A DNA stretch of 64,000 nucleotides, taken from assembly GCA_041666485.1 (NCBI GenBank), contig JBAYGW010000004.1, positions 10,341 through 74,340 of the forward strand, read 5' to 3'. Both the position numbers and the translations under genes were made by a program. Positions 1-7,831 of this stretch are shown here, piece after piece. Position 1 is the first letter of the stretch; each line of letters begins with the position of its first letter. The notes under the pieces are model-generated. The model was not told the origin of the DNA. It made no database searches and saw only the letters and a list, made by a program, of their open reading frames with translations. This DNA comes from Patescibacteria group bacterium (GTDB lineage: Bacteria > Patescibacteriota > Patescibacteriia > UM-FILTER-42-10).

Positions 1-1
1 A

Positions 2-190
2 ATTTCTTTCGCCACCCCTGACCAGCAAAGAGATATCCGCGATATTGAAAAGTTAATCCGGACTCAACTGACTTTGGGAGAGGGCAGTGCCTTCCCGAAA
101 GCACCGGCTAAAAGCCCATACCGCCAGCGACGCAATTTTTCCCGCAGTCGTCCGCGTTCTTCAAACAGAGGACAGGGTAGAAGAAGGTAA
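2..190 (+). CDS. 3' fragment (C-terminal 62 aa) of a DEAD-box ATP-dependent RNA helicase; gene starts upstream of the window
   Basis: Frame 2 runs open from the window edge to TAA at 188-190 and reads ...DQQRDIRDIEKLIRTQLTLGEGSAFPKAPAKSPYRQRRNFSRSRPRSSNRGQGRRR*. The RDIEKLI motif and the basic RG/RS-rich tail are typical of RhlE/DeaD-type helicase C-termini. It displaces the antisense ORF 64-369. Confidence 0.55.
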   Translation: MSFATPDQQRDIRDIEKLIRTQLTLGEGSAFPKAPAKSPYRQRRNFSRSRPRSSNRGQGRRR

Positions 191-335
191 TTAGGATGTA
201 GGGGCGAGGGTTTGGGGTGTAGGATAAAAAATTGATTACAAAAATAAAGATCCGTCCGCAGTTGCAGAGGGGTCTTTTTTGTTAGGATCAGGATATGGGA
301 GTTAGGGATTAGTAAATGTAGGTGGCGAGCTTGCT
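190..335. repeat. Intergenic tract of degenerate G-rich TTAGGG/TAGGAT-like words (copy 1)
   Basis: Contains ttaggatgtaggggcgagggtttggggtgtaggat ... gttaggatcaggatatgggagttagggattagtaaat. The words taggat and agggattag recur, and the segment caggatatgggagttagggattagtaaat is nearly identical to 1872-1902. Confidence 0.5.
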
Positions 336-527
336 CGCCTTGGTAAAAGAAAGTGTACAAGAATGACAATTTATACTTCCCCGGAAAATTATTTTTTATT
401 TAATAATCAGACTTATAGCAAGCCCTATTCCAGAGGGGGGTGGGGGTGCCGATTGACAACGAATAGAAAAAGGAATAAATTTACCGACCTGGTTCGTCGC
501 ACCTTTTACTAATCATCCCGGAAGGGG

Positions 528-1202
528 GTGAGAATCATGTCTACCTTAGAACTAGCCGCCTTGGTTTTGTTTGGTATGTTGATTCTGGTTGTTGGAGGGC
601 TGCTCTATCTCCAGAATTGGGTTCAGACAAAACACACCGAGGCAAAAGCTAGGTTTGAAGAAAGGCAGCGGCCCCATAGGCTGGCTAACGAAGCATGGCT
701 GGCTGAAGAAAAAAAGACGGCGCGCTACATCCTCACCCACAATCCTACCAAAGGTCAAATACGAGAAATTCTGCAGAATCCGGCTAGCCCGCATGACAAG
801 GATCTTGCGATTGAGACCGCATTGTCAAGTGGCAACATATGGACTATCGGTCTGATCCATGATTTTGCACCAGAAGCGTCCCCACGAGCTAGAATGGCTA
901 CTCTTGATATTTTTTTCCTGTCAATGACGGGCGAAGAAGCTTTGGCCACGCTGAAAAAGTGGGAGGATCTGCACTCACTAGATACGCCATATCGGGAATG
1001 GTGGCGTGCCTGGAAACCCAAACTGGAAGCAAAAGCTCAGCGCGTCATTGACCGGCAACAGGCCGAGGCGGAGGCAGAACGCCGGGCCGCTTCGCAAGCT
1101 TCTTCGGACGAAGAAGATGATGACAAAGCAGAACCATCTGTCTGGGACGATGATGACAGTGATTACTGGGAGCCCGAGCCTACGGATTGGTCTTCCGGTT
1201 AG
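528..1202 (+). CDS. Hypothetical protein with an N-terminal TM anchor and an acidic Asp/Glu-rich C-terminal tail
   Basis: RBS ggaagggggtgag lies upstream of ATG 528. Hydrophobic N-terminus LAALVLFGMLILVVGGLLYL. C-terminus DEEDDDKAEPSVWDDDDSDYWEPEP. All overlapping ORFs on other frames are shorter antisense artefacts. Confidence 0.5.
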   Translation: MRIMSTLELAALVLFGMLILVVGGLLYLQNWVQTKHTEAKARFEERQRPHRLANEAWLAEEKKTARYILTHNPTKGQIREILQNPASPHDKDLAIETALSSGNIWTIGLIHDFAPEASPRARMATLDIFFLSMTGEEALATLKKWEDLHSLDTPYREWWRAWKPKLEAKAQRVIDRQQAEAEAERRAASQASSDEEDDDKAEPSVWDDDDSDYWEPEPTDWSSG

Positions 1203-1245
1203 ACCCTGTGTCGTGTGCATGGGGTTATTTTTTTTAAAAGAGTTT
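1203..1245 (+). terminator. Putative intrinsic terminator after the 528-1202 gene
   Basis: ccctgtg-tcgtgtg-catgggg forms an imperfect hairpin followed by ttattttttttaaaag. Confidence 0.35.
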
Positions 1246-1304
1246 ATATATTAGTGATTCTCTGTTATGATAGAGAAGGATTATTATTTTAAACAAATAT
1301 TTAT

Positions 1305-1496
1305 ATGAACGGACAAACACGGGAAAGCATATCCAAAGGTCTGCGCGTAGCGGTAGTAAAAAAAGAGGATCAGAAAACAGGGCAGCTGACAGAAGGAATA
1401 GTACAGGACATCCTGACCAGTTCTTCCAGTCACCCGCACGGGATTAAAGTACGCCTGGAATCCGGCGAGGTGGGGAGAGTGAAGGAGATATTATAA
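1305..1496 (+). CDS. ywbE: YwbE-family small protein (DUF2196)
   Basis: 63 aa: MNGQTRESISKGLRVAVVKKEDQKTGQLTEGIVQDILTSSSSHPHGIKVRLESGEVGRVKEIL. The layout matches the conserved YwbE/DUF2196 family (KGL.V..V.K.DQ.TG.LT.G.V.DILT.S..HPHGIKVRLE.G.VGRV). Confidence 0.75.
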   Translation: MNGQTRESISKGLRVAVVKKEDQKTGQLTEGIVQDILTSSSSHPHGIKVRLESGEVGRVKEIL

Positions 1497-1854
1497 TTAC
1501 TGTCATCTTCGGACTCGATCCGGAGATCCACAAGAATAATGGATTCCTGGATCGTCTACAGTGTAGACGTCCGAGAATGACAACGCTATTGACACCATTA
1601 ACATGTCATGCTATCATACAATCTCAAGTATTTAATGGTTTTATAGTAGCACTTCAGAAAGTAATACAGACACACAATTAATGCGTGTTGTTGCGAAGAT
1701 CAGGCAAACAGAAACCAAAACAGTATCAGTTTTTCTAAGAATGAGTTAATAACGTTATTGAATCCAACCCAAGTAATACAGCGGTTATCAGGATAAAAAA
1801 CGTCACTCGTCGGAAGTTAATTGGGACCCTTTAAATGAGGGTTTTTTGATTTGG

Positions 1855-1900
1855 TATTAATAGGGGTTAGGGTTTAGGATATAGGGATTAGGGTATTGGT
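1855..1900. repeat. G-rich TTAGGG/TAGGAT-like degenerate repeat tract (copy 2)
   Basis: ggtattaataggggttagggtttaggatatagggattagggtattggtaaat shares aggatat(a)ggga..ttagggatt..gtaaat with 293-322. Confidence 0.5.
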
Positions 1901-1911
1901 AAATAACAGCA

Positions 1912-2040
1912 CCCATTGCGAGGAATTCTGTTTTAGCAGAATGACGAAGCAATCCCGATGCTTAATGCATTGGTAATTAAACTTCGTATCGCGTGGGGTT
2001 TATAGAGTTAATCGGGAACCGCCTAAAAAGGCGGTTTTCT
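1912..2040 (+). repeat. Structured intergenic element X, copy 1 (candidate small RNA or repeat), ending in a hairpin/T-run
   Basis: The core is cCATTGCgagg-[ttctg ttttag cagaa]-tgacgaaGCAATcccgatgcttaa, then ggggtttatagag, then aaccgcctaaaaaggcggttttctt. The core is shared with 7490-7545. The outer stem ATTGC/GCAAT is conserved, and the inner hairpin differs between copies but keeps complementarity. Confidence 0.5.
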
Positions 2041-2050
2041 TGATTATATT

Positions 2051-2641
2051 TTGTTTAAGAGCTATTGTGAATGTATAATAAGTAATTTTAATAATGTGCC
2101 TACAAAAAATATTTGGTCGTTGAATATTGATGAATTACTTGTAGCGGATAGACTGAAAAGTCTTTTCAATAAATCAAAATATGAGGTCCTGTTTCCACTA
2201 AATTCTCAAATGAAGGATATTGATTTAGTGCTATTAAAATTGAAAAATAATTCTGTCGCAACAATCCAGGTAAAAGGAAGTAGAACATATGATCCAAAAC
2301 GTGCGGAAGTAGAAAAATATGGAGAAGGATCGGTAGCTTGGTTTAGATTAACAAAGGAATCAATTAATATTCCAACTAATAAGATTGATTACTATATTTT
2401 TGTTTTACATTGCTTTAATGATAATGAACATAAAAAAGAAATAGTCATTAATTATTTAATAGTTCCAAGTAACCAATTTATATCTTTATGTAAGAAAAAG
2501 ACCTTAAGAAAGGGCGGAATTTATCACTTTTTTGTTTGGGTTGATTCTAATCACAATCGTGCGTTTGATTATAATAATAAAGGTAATAAGATTATTAATT
2601 TATCAAAGTATTTAAATAATTGGGAATTAATAAAATATTAA
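2051..2641 (+). CDS. Hypothetical protein, possible PD-(D/E)xK nuclease fold (AT-rich cassette gene 1)
   Basis: 196-aa ORF in ~28% GC DNA. The start is uncertain (TTG 2051, GTG 2093 or ATG 2209). The motif order NIDELLVADRL (helix with Glu) ... KYEVLFP ... KDIDLVLLK ... VATIQVKGS resembles the E...D...(E/Q)xK core of Hjc/restriction-endonuclease-like folds. No other recognisable family. Confidence 0.4.
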   Translation: MFKSYCECIISNFNNVPTKNIWSLNIDELLVADRLKSLFNKSKYEVLFPLNSQMKDIDLVLLKLKNNSVATIQVKGSRTYDPKRAEVEKYGEGSVAWFRLTKESINIPTNKIDYYIFVLHCFNDNEHKKEIVINYLIVPSNQFISLCKKKTLRKGGIYHFFVWVDSNHNRAFDYNNKGNKIINLSKYLNNWELIKY

Positions 2642-2655
2642 TTACTAATATTATT

Positions 2656-3462
2656 ATGCCCAAAATTCTTCATTTTGAAGACGACAAAGTTCTGTCTGAT
2701 ATGTTTGCGATTAAATTTAAGCAAGTTGGATTTGAATATGTAAATTATGAAAGTCCAACTGATAATCCTGTTGATTTAATTAAGAAAGAAAATCCAGATT
2801 TGATTATCATGGATATAATTATGCCGATAATGAATGGTTTTACGGCAACAAAATTAATAATGGCAGATAGATCAATAAACACTATTCCGATTATTGGTCT
2901 TACTAATATGAATCAGGATACTGATGTAAATAAGGGGCTAGGTCTGGGCATGAAAGATTATATGATTAAAGCATCTTTTACTCCGTCACAGATGATTCAG
3001 AAAATTGGGAAGATACTGAATATCGAAGTAAAGATCGAAGAAGTGCATTTTCCTCCGATTAAACCAAATTATTCTATACCGTCTATCCAAGATGATTCGC
3101 CGCATGAGAAAAAAGAGCCGGATCATAAAAAACTATACATTACGCTCAGTATCATAGCAGTAATAATATTAGCAGCTATTCTACCACCTTTTATGATGCC
3201 AAAAGTAAAAAGCGGCATTGTGATTTCTGATAAAGTCAGAAATGAGATATTACTGGCGGTTGATACACATTTTGATCATCCCGCGGAACGGTTGCTGGTG
3301 CTACGTTACCAAATTACAGAAAAATCAGAATGGCGGGGAGCAGATCGGTATTTTGTCTCAGGAATAACAATATTTGGTATAAAGTTTAACATGGCAGATG
3401 TTTATGTAGATGGTGGGATTATTAATATCCCAAGCCTGGAGAACGACATAATTACTAATTAA
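2656..3462 (+). CDS. Response-regulator receiver (REC) domain protein with an internal TM helix and a C-terminal ~85-aa domain (AT-rich cassette gene 2)
   Basis: N-terminus MPKILHFEDDKVLSDMF...NPDLIIMDIIMPIMNGF...IPIIGLT...K is a CheY-like receiver: acidic pair, acceptor Asp in IIMD, conserved Thr and Lys. Followed by the TM helix LYITLSIIAVIILAAILPPFMM and a non-REC C-terminal domain. ATG 2656 is preferred over in-frame TTG 2620, which overlaps the upstream gene. Confidence 0.6.
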   Translation: MPKILHFEDDKVLSDMFAIKFKQVGFEYVNYESPTDNPVDLIKKENPDLIIMDIIMPIMNGFTATKLIMADRSINTIPIIGLTNMNQDTDVNKGLGLGMKDYMIKASFTPSQMIQKIGKILNIEVKIEEVHFPPIKPNYSIPSIQDDSPHEKKEPDHKKLYITLSIIAVIILAAILPPFMMPKVKSGIVISDKVRNEILLAVDTHFDHPAERLLVLRYQITEKSEWRGADRYFVSGITIFGIKFNMADVYVDGGIINIPSLENDIITN

Positions 3463-3469
3463 ATATACA

Positions 3470-3772
3470 ATGGCTGCAGACCCGGAAATAGTTAATGCTA
3501 CAAAAATTTTAACATCTACTGTCGCACGTATACTTATACCATTTATAATCATTATTGGTATTATTGTAGCCGGTATTACTTACTTTAAGATAAAACTATT
3601 TAAGAAGGTTGATGAAATAAAGAAGCGAAAGAAGGATAGCAAAAATAATCATTCTTCTGAATTAAATTGCCCCCTTTGTGGAAATGCACTGGTAGAACGT
3701 TCGGGCAAATTTGGCAGTTTTTATGGTTGTTCAATTTATCCGAAATGTAAATATACAAAGAATATTGGATAA
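3470..3772 (+). CDS. Membrane-anchored topoisomerase-type C4 zinc-finger protein (AT-rich cassette gene 3)
   Basis: 100 aa. TM helix ILIPFIIIIGIIVAGITYF followed by a K/R-rich stretch (positive-inside). C-terminus CPLCGNALVERSGKFGSFYGCSIYPKCKYT is the CxxC...CxxC zf-C4_Topoisom pattern. Confidence 0.6.
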   Translation: MAADPEIVNATKILTSTVARILIPFIIIIGIIVAGITYFKIKLFKKVDEIKKRKKDSKNNHSSELNCPLCGNALVERSGKFGSFYGCSIYPKCKYTKNIG

Positions 3773-3792
3773 ATACACTTTAATATGGAGTA

Positions 3793-3870
3793 ACGGGATT
3801 ACTTCGTCGTCCCACCAAATAGTACTCCTCATAATGGGCACTGTTTTTTTATTCACTCAATGCTATAATG
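3793..3870 (+). promoter_or_regulatory. Repeat element Y, copy 1: ACGGGATT box plus conserved promoter-like module ending in TATAAT
   Basis: acgggattacttcgtcgtcccacc...cataATGGGcaCTGTTTTTTTATtCaCTCAATGcTATAAT (TATAAT at 3864-3869) is ~36/41 identical to 7783-7825. It lies 32 nt upstream of the PIF1 helicase ATG. Confidence 0.5.
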
Positions 3871-3901
3871 CCTCCACAGAGAATTAGCATTAAAAACAGT
3901 A

Positions 3902-5227
3902 ATGAAGCAATCGGAAGCGCTGGATATATTGAAAATGGGACACAATGTGTTTCTGACAGGATTTGCCGGCAGCGGCAAAACTTTTTTGTTAAACAAATAT
4001 ATTGAATACCTGAAAGGTAACAATGTAGAAGTAGGCGTAACCGCGTCTACCGGCATTGCGGCCACCCATATGGAAGGCCGGACGATTCATTCGTGGGCGG
4101 GAATGGGGATTAATGACAAAATGACGAAGACGGAGATTAAGAAGATTTTGAAGAAACCGCATCTGCGGAAGCGGATTGCCAATGCGAGGGTTTTGATTAT
4201 AGATGAAATATCCATGCTTGGCCACCGGCAACTGGATCTGGCGGATCAAATCTGCCGGATCGGAAAAGAGCAGGATCTGCCGTTCGGCGGGATGCAGGTG
4301 ATCCTTTCGGGCGATTTCTTTCAACTGCCTCCGATTAACAGAGCTTCCAATGAGGAGCAGAATAAATTTGCTACCGAGTCTGCTGTTTGGCAGGAAATGG
4401 AACTGAAAATTTGTTATCTGGACGAGCAGTTTCGTCAGTCGGATCAGTTATTTACAAAAATTTTAAATGAGATCCGGGATGACCGCGTGACCGCGGATAC
4501 GATCAGCACTCTGATGACCCGCCTGAATATTGAGGTCGCACCGGATGTGATCCCTACCAAGTTGAATACCCACAATGCTGATGTGGACAGCATTAATGAG
4601 CGGGAACTTGCTAAGATTCAGAGCAAAGAAGTTCTGTTTGAGATGAATGCGACCGGTTCTCCCGAGATTGTAAAAATTTTAAAGAAGGGGTGTCTCGCAC
4701 CGGAGGAGATAATATTAAAACAAGGCGCGGTAGTGATGTTTGTAAAAAATAATTTCAACAAAGGATACGTAAACGGGACACTTGGGACTGTAGTAGGTTT
4801 TGATCCGGAAAAGGGGTGGCCGGTGGTGGAGATCCGCTCGGGAAAAAGAATCCTCGCCGAGCCGGAAAGTTGGGGGATTGAAGAAGAGGGAAAAGTAATC
4901 GCGGAAGTGGACCAGGTACCCCTGCGTTTAGCGTGGGCGATCAGCGTGCATAAAAGCCAGGGGATGAGTTTGGAAACCGCGGAGATTGACCTGAGCCGGG
5001 CTTTTGAACGCGGGATGGGTTATGTTGCTTTGTCCCGCGTGCGGACTCTGGACGGCATAAAGCTGACCGGTTTGAATAATATGGCGCTTTCTGTGAACAA
5101 AGATGTGGTGGGGCTGAATAGGGAATTTATCATCCGTTCGCAAATGGATTCGGACCAACTGAAGGGGTTCGGTAAAAAGCGGGTACACAAAATGCAGAAG
5201 GATTTTATAAACGAGGCGCGGGGATAA
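3902..5227 (+). CDS. PIF1-family 5'-3' DNA helicase (RecD/Pif1 superfamily 1)
   Basis: Walker A GFAGSGKT and Walker B LIIDEISML. Pif1 signature GDFFQLPPI. C-terminal motif AISVHKSQGMSLETAEIDL. Confidence 0.85.
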   Translation: MKQSEALDILKMGHNVFLTGFAGSGKTFLLNKYIEYLKGNNVEVGVTASTGIAATHMEGRTIHSWAGMGINDKMTKTEIKKILKKPHLRKRIANARVLIIDEISMLGHRQLDLADQICRIGKEQDLPFGGMQVILSGDFFQLPPINRASNEEQNKFATESAVWQEMELKICYLDEQFRQSDQLFTKILNEIRDDRVTADTISTLMTRLNIEVAPDVIPTKLNTHNADVDSINERELAKIQSKEVLFEMNATGSPEIVKILKKGCLAPEEIILKQGAVVMFVKNNFNKGYVNGTLGTVVGFDPEKGWPVVEIRSGKRILAEPESWGIEEEGKVIAEVDQVPLRLAWAISVHKSQGMSLETAEIDLSRAFERGMGYVALSRVRTLDGIKLTGLNNMALSVNKDVVGLNREFIIRSQMDSDQLKGFGKKRVHKMQKDFINEARG

Positions 5228-5420
5228 ACAACGGTGGATCTCCGGACCAAGTCCGAAGATGACAATTGCTTATTAATTTGTCATTCCCGCGCAGGCGGAA
5301 ATCCAGAAAGGTGACACGGCGGCGTGCCACCCCCTTCTTATTTATGGGTAGGGTTTTTTATTTCTTATTCAAATGGTATAATAACAATTACCAATTTATT
5401 CAATTATTAATCTCAAAAAC

Positions 5421-5987
5421 ATGAAAAAAAATGAAGCTGCCAGAATATATGATGTCAGCAAAAATGAAAGACGACAAGGAGAAATACAGCCTATTCTTCC
5501 GGTAGAAGAACCGGAAGATCCTGATATACTGCCGTCCGCCAAGATGACGTCTATGAATGAATTTGAGCTAGCAGAACAACAGCTCAAAGCTGAAGAAAAG
5601 CGCCAAAAAGAATTGGCGGTTCTGCGCGCTAATATGGCTAATTTTATCAATGAAGCTGGAACGACTGTGATTAATTTTGATAAACCGGGAACTGTACCCG
5701 ATGAAAATTTTGAAGATACTGAAGAGATGGGCCGGATTAATGAAATATTCGGGGTTATTGAACAAAGCGGTTTGGATCAGAGAACAATTGATCTACTGTA
5801 CGAAACTATGGAGAATCTGATTATTGCCATTACACCGGAGCAAATTGACCAGGAAAGAATAGATCAGATAATTGAAGTGATTGAAGCTAGCGAATTAGAG
5901 TCCACTCGTAAGCAAGATTTAATCCTGGAGCTGAAAAACATGATCGCGACAGCAATAATGGATATGGACGATGATGCGGTGGCATAA
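5421..5987 (+). CDS. Hypothetical acidic protein
   Basis: 188-aa ORF, Glu/Asp-rich, with no recognisable motif. Clean start following a T-rich hairpin region after the helicase gene. Confidence 0.5.
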   Translation: MKKNEAARIYDVSKNERRQGEIQPILPVEEPEDPDILPSAKMTSMNEFELAEQQLKAEEKRQKELAVLRANMANFINEAGTTVINFDKPGTVPDENFEDTEEMGRINEIFGVIEQSGLDQRTIDLLYETMENLIIAITPEQIDQERIDQIIEVIEASELESTRKQDLILELKNMIATAIMDMDDDAVA

Positions 5988-6007
5988 ATAATCCACTATA
6001 TAAAATT

Positions 6008-6649
6008 ATGCGTAAAATTCTATTGGCCTCGCGGGGTACTTATGTAACGGACGGAAAGTACGATCTTTTTGATAAACCCCGCAAAGAAATAAAATGGGCT
6101 TACATTACGACAGCCGGAAAAAGCGTGCCGAGAGTTGAATATATTAAAAAACATGAACAGCGGATGCGCGAGCTCGGCTGGGATTTTGAGGAAATTGATA
6201 TTGACGGAAAAACCCCGGATCAGTTAAGGAAAATTTTAGCGGATAAGGATGCAATTAATATGCTGGGCGGCAATTCCTTTTTTCTGATCAAATGCATCAG
6301 AGAAAGCGGATTCAAAGCAGTACTGGAAGAATTTCTAGACAGAGGAGGGGTATATTGCGGTTCCAGCGCCGGGTCATATGTTGCGTGCCCCAGTATGGAA
6401 ATGGCAACCTGGAAAAAACCCGCCAAATTTGACCGCCACGGCGTTACTGATTTTACCGGGATGAATCTGGTGCCGTTTCTGATTGTTGCGCACTGCACGC
6501 CGGAAATTGTTGCAATGGTTAAACCATATGTTGAACAGTCAAAATACGAAGTAAAATTATTAAATGATCAGCAGGCGATTCAGATAAATGGGGATCAGAT
6601 AGAATTTTTGGAAGATCTGGAAATACGATCTAAAGATTTCGGAGGATAA
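6008..6649 (+). CDS. Peptidase S51 family (dipeptidase E-like)
   Basis: GGNSFFL and the nucleophile motif GSSAGS, plus a downstream His (VAHC), match the PepE/cyanophycinase-like S51 layout. Confidence 0.7.
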   Translation: MRKILLASRGTYVTDGKYDLFDKPRKEIKWAYITTAGKSVPRVEYIKKHEQRMRELGWDFEEIDIDGKTPDQLRKILADKDAINMLGGNSFFLIKCIRESGFKAVLEEFLDRGGVYCGSSAGSYVACPSMEMATWKKPAKFDRHGVTDFTGMNLVPFLIVAHCTPEIVAMVKPYVEQSKYEVKLLNDQQAIQINGDQIEFLEDLEIRSKDFGG

Positions 6650-6652
6650 ATT

Positions 6653-7057
6653 ATGACAGACAATAAAGAACCGGAATTAAATCCCTATGACAATGAAGCC
6701 CGCGAGCGGTGGGGTAATACGCAGTTTTATCAGCAGTCCCAAAAGCGTGTAAAAGCGCTGGGAGAGGACGGGTTGGGGGAGGTTATCAGGAAAAGTCAGG
6801 AGCTAATTCAGAAAATTGCCGGTGCGATGAAAAAGGGAAAAACGGCTCAAAGTGAGGCCGTGCAAAAATTAATTGACCGTCATTATAACGCGCTCAATGC
6901 CTTCTATGATCCGACTTTGGGACTATATCGCGGACTGGCTGAAACATATATCAGCGACGAGAGATTTAAGGAAAATTATGAAAAAGTGGCGGTTGGACTG
7001 GCCCAATTTATGCATGATGCCATGATTTATTATGTTGATACAAAGGAAACTGAATGA
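6653..7057 (+). CDS. TipAS antibiotic-recognition domain protein (stand-alone, no MerR HTH)
   Basis: RBS ggagga. [20 protein letters not shown]...[34 protein letters not shown] matches the TipAS-domain signature (ERWG.T..Y..S). Confidence 0.7.
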   Translation: MTDNKEPELNPYDNEARERWGNTQFYQQSQKRVKALGEDGLGEVIRKSQELIQKIAGAMKKGKTAQSEAVQKLIDRHYNALNAFYDPTLGLYRGLAETYISDERFKENYEKVAVGLAQFMHDAMIYYVDTKETE

Positions 7058-7470
7058 AAGAACTGCAACATATTGAAATAGTATTGAGAGCAATTATTGT
7101 TTTTAATGATAAACTTTTAATGTGCGTTTTACATGATCAACCACCGATTCATTTTTTGCCCGGCGGGCATTTGGAATTCGGTGAAACCTTGGAAGATTGC
7201 CTAAGAAGGGAGATTAAAGAAGAAATGGGTGTTGAAATAAAATCAATGGAATTTTTGAAACAATTTGAAAATATTTATGATGTGCATGGAATAAAACATC
7301 ACGAAATAAATTTGGTACATAAAGTTTCATTAAGCATAGAAAACACGGAAGAAGTAAAAGCACAAGAGGATCATATTTCATTTACTTGGGTTGAAATTGA
7401 AAAGATGAAGGACGTTAAAATGCTGCCGCCAGTGATACATCAATACTTGGTAGAATATTTTTCCAAGTAA
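7054..7470 (+). CDS. NUDIX hydrolase
   Basis: Nudix box [24 protein letters not shown] (Gx5Ex7REUxEExGU). ATGA start overlaps the upstream stop. Confidence 0.8.
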   Translation: MKELQHIEIVLRAIIVFNDKLLMCVLHDQPPIHFLPGGHLEFGETLEDCLRREIKEEMGVEIKSMEFLKQFENIYDVHGIKHHEINLVHKVSLSIENTEEVKAQEDHISFTWVEIEKMKDVKMLPPVIHQYLVEYFSK

Positions 7471-7489
7471 TCACAGAACAATTACAGTA

Positions 7490-7606
7490 ACCATTGCGAG
7501 CCCATAAATATGGGCGAAGCAATCCCGATACTTACACCATGAGGGTTTTATAGACGGGATTACCACGCCCCCTGTTTAGAGTCAAAGCGAGCCAGTGTTT
7601 TTTTAA
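7490..7606 (+). repeat. Structured element X, copy 2, followed by an ACGGGATT box
   Basis: aCCATTGCGAG-[cccat aaat atggg]-CGAAGCAATCCCGATaCTTAca...gggttttatagACGGGATTaccacgcc...gagccagtgttttttt. The inner hairpin differs from copy 1 (ttctg/cagaa versus cccat/atggg) but still pairs. Confidence 0.5.
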
Positions 7607-7699
7607 GAGAAGCCTTCGATTCCGCTCCGCTGCACTCAGGCAATATCCCATGAGAATATTTGGTGAGCCTGTCGAATCATACTTGAAAAGAGGTATGGA

Positions 7700-7716
7700 A
7701 CGGGATTGCCACGTCT
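7700..7716 (+). repeat. ACGGGATTRYCACGYC box (third occurrence)
   Basis: acgggattgccacgtct. The consensus occurrences are 3793, 7554, 7700 and 7756 (cgggattgtcacgtc). Confidence 0.45.
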
Positions 7717-7755
7717 TGCGTTCGCAAGTCTCGCAATGGTTACTATCATTCTGTC

Positions 7756-7826
7756 CGGGATTGTCACGTCCCGCTTTGCGTGATTCACAATGGGTGCTGT
7801 TTTTTTATCCTCTCAATGATATAATT
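7756..7826 (+). promoter_or_regulatory. Repeat element Y, copy 2: ACGGGATT box plus conserved promoter-like module. Its TATAAT sits 6 nt before the YgjP ATG, so the transcript is possibly leaderless
   Basis: cgggattgtcacgtcccgctttgcgtgattcacAATGGGtgCTGTTTTTTTATcCtCTCAATGaTATAAT with TATAAT at 7820-7825. ATG at 7832. Confidence 0.5.
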
Positions 7827-7831
7827 CGTGC

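Noticed and set aside
64-369. ORF-track minus-strand ORF (101 aa)
   Set aside because: Its first half is antisense to a much better explanation: the plus-strand frame running off the window start encodes a DEAD-box helicase C-terminal tail ending at 190. The rest lies in G-rich repeat DNA with no start context.
552-1254. Five overlapping 80-88-aa ORFs on both strands
   Set aside because: All lie inside or antisense to the 224-aa gene 528-1202, which has an RBS, a TM N-terminus and a terminator. The small ORFs have no signals and give low-complexity translations.
190-1900. TTAGGG-like repeats as genuine telomeres
   Set aside because: They are short, degenerate, internal and intergenic in an otherwise bacterial gene context. 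They are treated as G-rich regulatory or structural repeats instead.
2620-2655. TTG start for the REC-domain protein
   Set aside because: It overlaps the upstream gene's last codons. ATG 2656 begins exactly at the receiver domain (MPKILHFEDD).
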